In this document: positions 28,850 to 37,132 of the stretch, in pieces
Layout of the letters: every line of letters starts with the position of its first letter
Position numbering within the stretch: the stretch's first letter is position 1
Assembly: GCA_021736475.1 (NCBI GenBank)
Contig: JAIPFV010000003.1
Location: 4,724-68,723, forward strand
Length of the DNA: 64,000 nt
Source: Spirochaetia bacterium
Lineage (GTDB): Bacteria; Spirochaetota; Spirochaetia; DSM-16054; Sediminispirochaetaceae
Direction of reading: 5' to 3'
Translations under genes and position numbers: made by a program
The notes under the pieces: model-generated
The model's database searches: none
Seen by the model: only the letters and a program-made list of their open reading frames with translations
What the model was told of the DNA's origin: nothing

Positions 28850-30463
28850 ATGAATAGCGTCTACGAGGCCATGACCGATGCTGTTTTCATTGCCGACATC
28901 GAAACAAAGAAGCTGCTCTTCTGCAATAGCCAAGCCGAGACAATGACTGGACGAAGCAGAGATGAGCTCATTGGCATGCAAGCGGAGGACCTGCACCCGA
29001 CACAATTTGCGGAGCCAATCCGGCAGGTATTCGAAGAGAGTAAGGTCAGACTTCCTTCGGTAGAAGATTCCGAAGTTCTCACCGCCAGCGGACGGCGAAT
29101 TCCCGTATTTATAAGCACCTCATTCATCAGATTCGAAGGTAGAGGGGCGTTGCTCGGCATATTCAGGGACATAAGCTCATGGAACGAGGCAGATCTCGAG
29201 CGGAGACGTTTGTGGGCTGCCATCGAGCAGCTCTCCGAGGCGGTGCTCATCACCGACGCCGAAGCCTCTATTATCTACGCAAATCATGCCTTTTTCCGCA
29301 TGACCGGTTACGGGGAGGAGGAAGTCATAGGAATGATTCCGGGCTTCTTGAACAGCGGCGAACAGAACCAAGAGACAGTTGAGGAGATGTGGAAAACTCT
29401 CAGGGCAGGCAGGAAGTGGAAGGGGGAGTTCGTCAACCGGAAGAAGGATGGAACGCACTACATCGACGAGACCGCTATTTCCCCGGTATTCGATCGGGGC
29501 GGAGAACTCGTCAACTACGTCTCGGTGAAACGGGATGTGACCGGCCGCAAAGCCGAGGAGGATCGCAGGAGATTAGAAAGAGAGGAAATGGAGGATGTGG
29601 TGGAGCTCCGGCTGCAAGAGCTCAGGGAGGCTTACGACACCATCACCCTGCAGGAGAAAATGGCCTCCCTAGGCCGCCTCACGGCGGGCATCGCTCACGA
29701 ACTGAACAACCCGCTGCAGTTGGTGAGGATGAATGCAGATATTCTCGCCTACCAGATCCGGGAGATGAAGAGCCTCTTCTCATCGTATCGGGATTATATT
29801 ATGGAACGTTCATGCCCGGATGCCACCTCTTCTCTGCCTGAGGATCTGCAGCGGCTGGAGGAGGAAAGCGATTTCGATACTCGAGATGAGGAGATGAGAA
29901 AGGCATACGAGGTATTGATGAATGGTGTGCAGAGGATGGAGCGAATTATATCGAACGTGCAGAAGACCTTCTCAATCGAGAAGACGAGCGAACAGCAGGA
30001 ATGGGATCTTAACATCGGTATACGTGAGATCGTCGAAATCCTCTACAACGAGTATAAGTACGGGACAAAAGTAGAGGTGTACAGTGAGGGGGTGCTTCCT
30101 CTGATGTGTAACCGGCAGGAAATACAGCAGGTACTGATAAGCCTCATGTCCAACGCTTTTGAGGCGATCCGGAGCATTGGAAAGAGCACGGGTACGGGGA
30201 GCGGAGAAATCGTCATTCGCAGTTGGAGCGGCGAAGAGACGGTCTCGTTCTCGATAAGCGACAACAGTTCCGGCATAGGGCCCGAAGAGCGGAAGAAGGT
30301 CTTCGAGCCGTTCTACACCACCCGCTCGCAGAAAAGTAACACAGGCTTCGGTTTGAGCCTTGTCTACGAGATCGTGGTTAACAGACACGGAGGCACCATA
30401 GCCTTCGAGAACTCGGAGAGTGGCGGAACGTTGGTAACGGTGAGCCTGCCGCGGGGTGTATAA
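28850..30463 (+). CDS. Cytoplasmic double-PAS sensor histidine kinase
   Basis: Two PAS modules ('IADIETKKLLFCNSQAETMTG', 'ITDAEASIIYANHAFFRMTGY...GKWKGEFVNRKKDGT'), H-box 'LTAGIAHELNNPLQ', 'DNSSGIGPE', 'GFGLSLVYEIV'; no TM segment. Confidence 0.9.
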   Translation: MNSVYEAMTDAVFIADIETKKLLFCNSQAETMTGRSRDELIGMQAEDLHPTQFAEPIRQVFEESKVRLPSVEDSEVLTASGRRIPVFISTSFIRFEGRGALLGIFRDISSWNEADLERRRLWAAIEQLSEAVLITDAEASIIYANHAFFRMTGYGEEEVIGMIPGFLNSGEQNQETVEEMWKTLRAGRKWKGEFVNRKKDGTHYIDETAISPVFDRGGELVNYVSVKRDVTGRKAEEDRRRLEREEMEDVVELRLQELREAYDTITLQEKMASLGRLTAGIAHELNNPLQLVRMNADILAYQIREMKSLFSSYRDYIMERSCPDATSSLPEDLQRLEEESDFDTRDEEMRKAYEVLMNGVQRMERIISNVQKTFSIEKTSEQQEWDLNIGIREIVEILYNEYKYGTKVEVYSEGVLPLMCNRQEIQQVLISLMSNAFEAIRSIGKSTGTGSGEIVIRSWSGEETVSFSISDNSSGIGPEERKKVFEPFYTTRSQKSNTGFGLSLVYEIVVNRHGGTIAFENSESGGTLVTVSLPRGV

Positions 30464-30493
30464 AATCTGTACAGCTTAAGCATACCCTTCGCT

Positions 30494-30508
30494 TGGCACA
30501 CTTATTGC
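30494..30508 (+). promoter_or_regulatory. Sigma-54 promoter TGGCAC-N5-TTGC
   Basis: 'CTTGGCACACTTATTGCAAT' lies about 25 nt upstream of ATG 30533; 18 nt are identical to the minus-strand promoter at 37133-37147. Confidence 0.7.
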
Positions 30509-30532
30509 AATAAGAATATTAAGGGATTAGTG

Positions 30533-31657
30533 ATGGAAAATATGAATACAGGAACGAACATACACCACGTACTGATGCACATACTCAATCTCTTTTTACT
30601 CCTCCCCCTCGCGCTCTCCGCTGGGGAAGTGACGGCGGGAATACGGATGGGATTACAGTCGGGAATCGTGGCGCATCCCACGGGGGAGGATATTGTAATG
30701 GAGGTTTCCCCGTTTACTAGCGCAGAGACGGATGTGACGGCCCGCGGTAACGGCTTTCTGGGCTACTTTGACAGCAATGTGCGCACCACTATCACTTACC
30801 AAGGCAACAGCCTGCATCACGGCGATGAGCCCCACACCGATGTAATGTCGACTCGCTACCACGTCCGTCTCTACGGACATGGCTCGGGGGATGTGAACTA
30901 CAGGAGCCCCACAGTGGAAGATGAGCGGATCGAATGGCTTCCGGGCTCGTCGGTAGTGGAACCGAATACGGGAAAAATCTACGTCGACCTCGAGGTGGAA
31001 GCGGATGTCGACTGGAGTCATGGCATAGGACAATATGAGGCGGTATTCGTGCTCACGGCTACTAAGAGCGGCGGAATGAGTGAGGAAGACATTGAACGGT
31101 ATAGCAGTGTCTTCAGTGAATCTAACCAGCCTCACGATGTGCTCATCGCCCCGGAGACCTCTCCGAATCTTTCCCTCTCCGAAGACGTGGAGATCATGAC
31201 TACCTTTATTGAGGAGACCGCCGGCTACCGGAACACGATCGGCTACTTCCTTTTCCCCGAGGAACCGTTGGTGGATATCGGGGAGATAGAGACGAGCTCG
31301 AAGGTACTCTATGAAAACGCCTCCATGGAAAATTCGGGGGAAGAGCTGATACCGGGAGACAGTAGAGACCTTGGCCTATTCGAATCGGAGTTTGACTTGG
31401 GATTCTGGATTGCCAGCGACGGCTATAAGAGGACGAACCCGGAGGTGTACTACAGTATCGATGAGTACAATGCAGACGGACTGCGGCACGTGTCGATTTT
31501 CTCGGACCTCGCACAGAATCGCATCGTCGTCGGATTCGAGGATCTTCCCGGAGGTGGCGACAAGGATTACAACGACGTGCTCATAGGGCTGGATATCTAC
31601 CCGTTTTCAGCTGTGGATCTCGACAACATACCCGACATATCGGAGCTAAGGGAGTGA
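30533..31657 (+). CDS. Sec-exported protein, paralogue B, with C-terminal DUF4114-like domain
   Basis: Signal 'LNLFLLLPLALSA'; family blocks 'GNGFLGYFDSN', 'VMSTRYHVRLYGHGSG', 'VDLEVEADVDWSHGIGQYEAVFVLTATKSG'; C-terminus 'VVGFEDLPGGGDKDYNDVLIGLD' is the DUF4114 signature. Confidence 0.8.
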   Translation: MENMNTGTNIHHVLMHILNLFLLLPLALSAGEVTAGIRMGLQSGIVAHPTGEDIVMEVSPFTSAETDVTARGNGFLGYFDSNVRTTITYQGNSLHHGDEPHTDVMSTRYHVRLYGHGSGDVNYRSPTVEDERIEWLPGSSVVEPNTGKIYVDLEVEADVDWSHGIGQYEAVFVLTATKSGGMSEEDIERYSSVFSESNQPHDVLIAPETSPNLSLSEDVEIMTTFIEETAGYRNTIGYFLFPEEPLVDIGEIETSSKVLYENASMENSGEELIPGDSRDLGLFESEFDLGFWIASDGYKRTNPEVYYSIDEYNADGLRHVSIFSDLAQNRIVVGFEDLPGGGDKDYNDVLIGLDIYPFSAVDLDNIPDISELRE

Positions 31658-31661
31658 GAGA

Positions 31662-32420
31662 ATGATAGACACGGGAACGAAGGGATGTTTTGTGTTGCTT
31701 TACAGCCTCATCCTCATCTTTGGCATACTCTTTGTCCTCCGCGGCGAGCAGGTGAAGACGGGCGTCCACATGGGAGTGCCCGCGGGTATCGTCGCGCATC
31801 CATCGGGAGAGGAGATCATCCTTCATTCGCCTCCACTGTCCGAGAGTGAAGAGGGTGAGGTGACAGCCAAGGGCGAAGGGTATATAGGCTACTTCGACAG
31901 CAATGCCTGCACCATCATCAGCTACGAGGCGAACTGCCTACACCATGGCAAAGATAAGGACAAGGAGGAGATGATCGACCTGCTTCCGACCCGCTACAGC
32001 GTGACCCTCTATGGGCACGGATCGTCGCCGATTCACTACCACAGCCCTACCGTATTGAAGGTGGAGAAGGAAACGCTTCCCGGCTCATCGGTTGTGGACC
32101 CTCATACGGGGAAGATCCACGCGGAGTTGGACATCGAGGCTGACGTAGACTGGAGTCACGACTCTGGAGAGTACGAGGCCGCCTTCGTTCTCACCGCCAC
32201 CGAGAGCGGAGGAATATGCACGGAGGAGATAGCCTACTACAGGAGCCGCTTCGAAGAGGGTCGTATACCCGTGGATCTGGTTAGATTCGCCACTCCAGAT
32301 AACGACAGCTATGTGCTCGATTCCGAAAGGGCATCCTTCGGAGGTGCAGCGGACGAGACGAACATCAAGAGCGAAATCGGCTACCGCCTCCCCGAAAGGC
32401 CGGAAGATGGCGGTGAGTAG
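31662..32420 (+). CDS. Sec-exported protein, paralogue C (B-like, ends where the DUF4114 domain of B begins)
   Basis: 'GEGYIGYFDSN', 'LLPTRYSVTLYGHGSS', 'AELDIEADVDWSHDSGEYEAAFVLTATESGG'; the tail 'SEIGYRLPERPED' aligns to 'NTIGYFLFPEEP' of B. Confidence 0.8.
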   Translation: MIDTGTKGCFVLLYSLILIFGILFVLRGEQVKTGVHMGVPAGIVAHPSGEEIILHSPPLSESEEGEVTAKGEGYIGYFDSNACTIISYEANCLHHGKDKDKEEMIDLLPTRYSVTLYGHGSSPIHYHSPTVLKVEKETLPGSSVVDPHTGKIHAELDIEADVDWSHDSGEYEAAFVLTATESGGICTEEIAYYRSRFEEGRIPVDLVRFATPDNDSYVLDSERASFGGAADETNIKSEIGYRLPERPEDGGE

Positions 32421-32517
32421 AATGATAAGCAGTGATACCGAGACAGTGAAAACGAAGGAGTTGGTAAGAAGAATGTACGCATTGATCAATTGCACAGAAT
32501 ATCGCATCGAAGAGACC

Positions 32518-33732
32518 ATGGAGCGGAGCTCCGGCGGCAGGCTGCAGAGACTGCCCCTCCTTCCTCTGCTTGTTTTTATGTTGATGACCACAGGTCTGGA
32601 TGCCTTCCAGGTTACTCCTGCCTCGAAGGCGATCAGCATGAACCAGGGAACGGAGCAGGTCGTTACCATTCGTCTTGTCGGCACGAAGGATGAAAGGGTT
32701 CTTATCTACCTTGGCGACTACTTCATCGACAGGAGGGGGACCGTCGTCTTCGAGGCCGGACCCGAGATGAACGCGCCCTCGGCAAAAGGGTGGATATCTC
32801 CGATTACTGCAGCTCAGGAGGTCACCTATTTCGACCCGGCGGAGCAGGGTATGATAACAAGAAACGCCCCGGTAGTGGAATTGCAGCAGGGGGAGGTCAA
32901 GGAAGTCTCCTTCAGGGTCGCTCCGCCAGCGGATGCCCAGGGCGAGTACTACGCCACCCTCCACTTCCGTGATCTCACCACATCGACACAGGATGATGAT
33001 ACGCCGCAGGTAGCGATCTACTTTGCCGTGGCGGCCCGCCTGAGCATCGCCATCAAGGGAAGCTTCGTCCCGAGACGCGAGGGAGGCGTGCTTTCCGACG
33101 CGGGGAGCATCCACCAGGGAGAGGGTGCTACCCGCATAAGCACTTCCTTCGAGAACAGTGGCAACGTGCACTTGAATGTGACCGCACTGACGTACATCAG
33201 GCGGGCGAAGGACAATCGGGTCTTTGCAGAGCTGACGCTCACTCCCGCAGGTTCCCAGCCTGATGGGAGCGCATTCATCCTGCCCGGTGGGGTGAGGGAT
33301 TTCGAGGGCTATCTGAGGCGACCCCTTCCTCCAGGCGAGTATGTAGCCGAAACAGTCTACGATTACGGCTCCTACCTGAGGCCTAAAAATAGAGTAGAGT
33401 TTACCGTGGAGAGGGACACGAATGCGGAGTTCATGACCTTCGACTACGAGCCGAAGGAGCTGAAGGTCGTCGGTGCGCCGGGGAGCACCTCGATACGGAA
33501 GATCACGGTCTACAATATGGGTGCAGAGCCGCTGGAACTGCGAATAGACGCTGATGAAGGGCTGCTGCGCATCCTTACTCCCCAGCTTATCATTCCCGAG
33601 GGAAGCTCTCGCAACGTCGGCATCATGTTGCGCGTCCCCGAGGATGCCTCACGAACAAAGATCAATCTCACCCCATCTAGGGGGAGCCCTGCGGACCTGC
33701 TGGTGTTGATCAACGAAACGGGGGAGGACTGA
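32518..33732 (+). CDS. Periplasmic multi-beta-sandwich protein (PapD/MSP- or DUF916-like repeats); chaperone/assembly-factor candidate
   Basis: Signal peptide 'MERSSGGRLQRLPLLPLLVFMLMTTGLDAFQ' (ATG 32518; alternative ATG 32422); three segments with Ig-like strand patterns, e.g. 'ELKVVGAPGSTSIRKITVYNMGAEPLELRID...IIPEGSSRNVGIMLRVP'. Confidence 0.7.
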   Translation: MERSSGGRLQRLPLLPLLVFMLMTTGLDAFQVTPASKAISMNQGTEQVVTIRLVGTKDERVLIYLGDYFIDRRGTVVFEAGPEMNAPSAKGWISPITAAQEVTYFDPAEQGMITRNAPVVELQQGEVKEVSFRVAPPADAQGEYYATLHFRDLTTSTQDDDTPQVAIYFAVAARLSIAIKGSFVPRREGGVLSDAGSIHQGEGATRISTSFENSGNVHLNVTALTYIRRAKDNRVFAELTLTPAGSQPDGSAFILPGGVRDFEGYLRRPLPPGEYVAETVYDYGSYLRPKNRVEFTVERDTNAEFMTFDYEPKELKVVGAPGSTSIRKITVYNMGAEPLELRIDADEGLLRILTPQLIIPEGSSRNVGIMLRVPEDASRTKINLTPSRGSPADLLVLINETGED

Positions 33733-33733
33733 G

Positions 33734-35002
33734 ATGCGGGGTCGCTGCCTGCAATGTGCCCTCCGGTCCGGTCTCCGAGGCAGTCTTCCGATTGCACTGC
33801 TTGCGGCGATGCTGCTGTCAGGCTGTGCTACGCCGATGGAGCAAACCGTCGATACGCCCGATCTCGTGATCTCCCGGCGCTCTGCGGACTCGCCAGATCC
33901 TCTGAAGCAGGAGCTGGTAGCCCGAGGCGCAAAGGATTCGGAAAGGGAAGCGGGGCCGTCGGTCAGCGGCAACTACTTCGACACCGACCTGCGGGCGGTG
34001 CTAATGGAGCTTTCAATGAAGACCGGGATTAATATAATTCCCGACCAGACAGTCAGAGGCATGATTACTGTCAGCTTCGAAAAGATGCCCCTCGAGAAGG
34101 TCCTGCGCATGATCCTCTTTCCCGGGGGTTACTCATTCAAAAAGGAGGAGGGCTACTATCTCGTTGGCAGCGTCGACCCTAAGAATCCTCACACTTCCCG
34201 CCTCATTAGCACCGAGATGCTTCGCACCAACTACGACGCGAAGGAGGTTATCGAGAGCCTTCCTCAGATGTATCGCCCCTTCGTCACCATGGCCGACGGC
34301 ATAGCAAACCGCCTCGTCATAAATGCCCCGGAGCATGTGATGTGGAAAATCAAGGAGTCCATAGTAGCCATGGACGAGCCGAGGAAACTTATCTCCATCG
34401 ACGTGGTCGTGGCGGAGATGAGTTACTCGCAGGCGAACTCACTCGGGGTGGACTGGGACGATCCCATTGTCTCTGTCGACGGGGCAGGCGGTCTTTTCAT
34501 CGAGAACGGCGGCGGTGCGTTCACCGGCAGCCTTACCTCAGAGTTTGTCCTCTCACTCTCGGCGATGTCGAAGAACGGGAGTATCGAAATACGGGCCAAT
34601 CCGAAGATCGTCACGCTCGACGGAGAGACTGCTAAGGTGCAGATCATCGACGAGTATTACATCCCCATCATCGGTAACATAGATGACCTCTCTTCGAGCG
34701 ATGTGAGGAAGATCGACGCCGGCATCAGCCTCATCGTGCGGCCAAGGTTGACGCGGAACGGTGAGATCCTCATCGACATAGAACCTTCGGTGAGCAACCA
34801 GAGCGGCGTATCCATGCAGAGCGCTATGCCCATAATCAACACTCGTCAGGCTAAGACGACCGTCAAGCTCAAGAGTGGAGAAACCTTCATCCTCGGCGGA
34901 CTAATTCAGGAGAGCACACAAAACGAACGCAAGAATGCCGCCCGTAGCACCGCGCAAAGCAAGAAGGAGCTGGTGATATTTATTACCCCCCGGGTTCTGT
35001 GA
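33734..35002 (+). CDS. Secretin-family outer-membrane channel, lipoprotein, short form
   Basis: Lipobox 'LLSGCATP'; N0/STN-like 'NYFDTDLRAVLMELSMKTGINIIPDQTVRGMITVSFEKMPLEKVLRMIL'; secretin domain 'IEIRANPKIVTLDGETAKVQI', 'INTRQAKTTVKLKSGETFILGGLIQ', 'ELVIFITPRVL'. Confidence 0.88.
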   Translation: MRGRCLQCALRSGLRGSLPIALLAAMLLSGCATPMEQTVDTPDLVISRRSADSPDPLKQELVARGAKDSEREAGPSVSGNYFDTDLRAVLMELSMKTGINIIPDQTVRGMITVSFEKMPLEKVLRMILFPGGYSFKKEEGYYLVGSVDPKNPHTSRLISTEMLRTNYDAKEVIESLPQMYRPFVTMADGIANRLVINAPEHVMWKIKESIVAMDEPRKLISIDVVVAEMSYSQANSLGVDWDDPIVSVDGAGGLFIENGGGAFTGSLTSEFVLSLSAMSKNGSIEIRANPKIVTLDGETAKVQIIDEYYIPIIGNIDDLSSSDVRKIDAGISLIVRPRLTRNGEILIDIEPSVSNQSGVSMQSAMPIINTRQAKTTVKLKSGETFILGGLIQESTQNERKNAARSTAQSKKELVIFITPRVL

Positions 35003-36508
35003 CTAATCCAGCCCGTAGTCGCGCATCTTCTTGTAGAGGGTCGATCGGGTAATCCCGAGTATTTCTGCAGCTCGTGCCTTGTTGAGACCTGTGATCTCCA
35101 GAATATGTTGGATGTGCCGCTTCTCGACCTCTCTCATGCTGAGCTCGACGGTGTCGGAGAATTCTGCCTCAGATGCCTTTTCACCGCCGCCTATTCTCTC
35201 CGCTTCCGGATTACCTGATGTGTCCTCGTAACCCAGGGGAACCCGGTAGCCCCTGGTCGTCTCTTCGGGGTCGAAGAGATTTTCTGTGTCGATGACATCG
35301 GAATCGCTTAGGTAGTAGGCTTTCTCCACGATGTTCTGCAGTTGCCGAATGTTGCCCGGCCAGCCATTGCTGCTTCGTTTTAGCTTCTCCAATGACACGG
35401 GTGAAATTGACCTTGTAAGCCCGTTGTTTTTTTTGGCTAGTTTGAGGAGGAACATCGATATCAACAGGGAGAAATCGTCGCCCCGCTCACGCAGGGGAGG
35501 AACGAAAAGGGTGAAGACCTGCAGCCGGAAGTAGAGGTCTGCCCGGAATCGCCTCTCCTCGACGGCTTTCCAGAGGTCGATGTTTGAGGCGGCAATGATG
35601 CGCACATCGGCGCTGCGGGTCACCGTGCTGCCTACCCGCGAGTAGGTCCCCTCCTGGAGGAAACGCAGCAGGCGAGTCTGCATCGCCGGCGTCAGCTCGG
35701 CCACCTCGTCGAGAAAGACCGTCCCGCCGTCCGAGGCCTCGAAGACCCCCTTGGCGGTGTCTACCGCCCCGGTAAAGGATCCCTTCTCGTGGCCGAAGAG
35801 GTGGCTGTCGATAAGGGACTCCTGAATCGCCCCGCAGTTGACGGCGGTGAAGGTCATGTCGCTGCGATTGCTGCGGTGGTAGATTGCGTGGGCAACCAGT
35901 TCCTTTCCCGTGCCCGTCTCTCCCTGGATGAGCACCGGGGCTGAGGTCGGGGCGATCTTCAGGATCTGCCGGTAGAGCCGATGCATCGCCGGACTCTCGC
36001 CTACGAAGAGGTCGAAGTGGAACTGGAGTCCCTCGTCCCATACCGCCGGTACAGGTGCCTCTGCCGGCTCCTTCCTTCGCAGCCTGGCTATTTCGATAAG
36101 CTCATCAACGGTGGAGATGAGGCCCTGCTGGTCCACCGGTTTCTGTATGACCCGCACGGCGGAAGTGCTGTTTATGAGCTCGATGACGAGGTCGAGATTC
36201 ATGTAGGCCGAGAGCATGGCGCAGACCGTTTCGGGGTACAGCTCCTTCACCTTCTTAAGCAGCGACTCGCCATTCTCTCCAGGCATGTTCTGGTCGGTAA
36301 TGAGCACGTCGATGCGCTGCGCCTCGAGAGTGGAAAGTGCCTCTTCGCTACTATGGGCAGTAAATAGCTCGATGGAAGGAGTATTCCTGAAGAGCATTTG
36401 TATCGTGGTGAGGAAATCGATCTCGTCATCGACGAAGAGCAACTGTGTGGCAGCCTGCTGCTGCTTTTTATTAGCAGTCGCCTGAGGCGAATTCTCTGCG
36501 TGGTCCAT
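35003..36508 (-). CDS. Sigma-54-dependent response regulator (NtrC family EBP)
   Basis: REC 'LLFVDDEIDFL...LITDQNMPGENG'; '[17 protein letters not shown]', 'DSHLFGHEKGSFTGA', 'WPGNIRQLQNIV'; HTH 'ARAAEILGITRSTLYKKMRDYGL'. Confidence 0.92.
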   Translation of the reverse strand: MDHAENSPQATANKKQQQAATQLLFVDDEIDFLTTIQMLFRNTPSIELFTAHSSEEALSTLEAQRIDVLITDQNMPGENGESLLKKVKELYPETVCAMLSAYMNLDLVIELINSTSAVRVIQKPVDQQGLISTVDELIEIARLRRKEPAEAPVPAVWDEGLQFHFDLFVGESPAMHRLYRQILKIAPTSAPVLIQGETGTGKELVAHAIYHRSNRSDMTFTAVNCGAIQESLIDSHLFGHEKGSFTGAVDTAKGVFEASDGGTVFLDEVAELTPAMQTRLLRFLQEGTYSRVGSTVTRSADVRIIAASNIDLWKAVEERRFRADLYFRLQVFTLFVPPLRERGDDFSLLISMFLLKLAKKNNGLTRSISPVSLEKLKRSSNGWPGNIRQLQNIVEKAYYLSDSDVIDTENLFDPEETTRGYRVPLGYEDTSGNPEAERIGGGEKASEAEFSDTVELSMREVEKRHIQHILEITGLNKARAAEILGITRSTLYKKMRDYGLD

Positions 36509-36558
36509 TTGCTTATCCTCTTACGTGTATTTGCATTTGTACATGCAGGAAACAATTA

Positions 36559-36573
36559 GCAAGTACTGTGCCA
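36559..36573 (-). promoter_or_regulatory. Sigma-54 promoter TGGCAC-N5-TTGC (minus strand)
   Basis: The reverse complement reads 'CTTGGCACAGTACTTGCT'; it lies about 50 nt upstream of the EBP ATG at 36508. Confidence 0.65.
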
Positions 36574-36717
36574 AGTGAACCATTTTCGAGCCAAGAAAAG
36601 CCGTCTGTGACTAAACCTGTATACCTCTCCGGGCTTTCTGAGGTGGTGTGCGAAGGAGCCCAGCCGGTTTCTCTCTCCAGTGCGGCTATCAAAATGATAG
36701 AATAACTCAAGTTAGTA

Positions 36718-37086
36718 TCAATTTGAAAAACTCCGGCGCCTAGGCAAACGTTGAACCTGCGGCTTACAAGCAGCACATAGGAGAGGACCACCGAGGCCAT
36801 GAGATTTCGCCGGAAGCGGTAGCGAACGTCCATCGAGGCGTAGCGGCGCAGCCAGGTTCCGCACGAAGTCGATAGGCTCCTCATGCAGCTCCCGGTAACT
36901 TTGCGTGAGCTCACGGGCCAGGTCAAAGACCGCATCCCGAACAAACTCGATTTCCCTCTCAGTCCCAGGGCCCTGACCGACCACATTGTCGTCCCCGCCT
37001 GCCTCGTCCGCCGCAGCGGTCAGAACCATATCCGAAAACGCGAATATAAAGAACAGCAGCATCGCCGTAATCCAGAAGTTTTTCAT
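36718..37086 (-). CDS. Small exported protein, unknown function
   Basis: ATG 37086 preceded by a GGAGG RBS; 'MKNFWITAMLLFFIFAFSDMVLTAAA' signal-like N-terminus; sits directly downstream of the promoter at 37133-37147. The C-terminal third is low-complexity, so the 3' end is uncertain. Confidence 0.45.
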   Translation of the reverse strand: MKNFWITAMLLFFIFAFSDMVLTAAADEAGGDDNVVGQGPGTEREIEFVRDAVFDLARELTQSYRELHEEPIDFVRNLAAPLRLDGRSLPLPAKSHGLGGPLLCAACKPQVQRLPRRRSFSN

Positions 37087-37132
37087 TCCATACCTCCAAA
37101 AAAAAATTATTGAATGAGTCGAAAAACTAATT

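Noticed and set aside
36513-36986. 157-aa minus-strand ORF overlapping the small exported-protein gene and running through the 36559-36573 promoter
   Set aside because: It has no RBS, crosses a strong promoter motif and ends next to the EBP start. The alternative frame has an RBS and a signal peptide.
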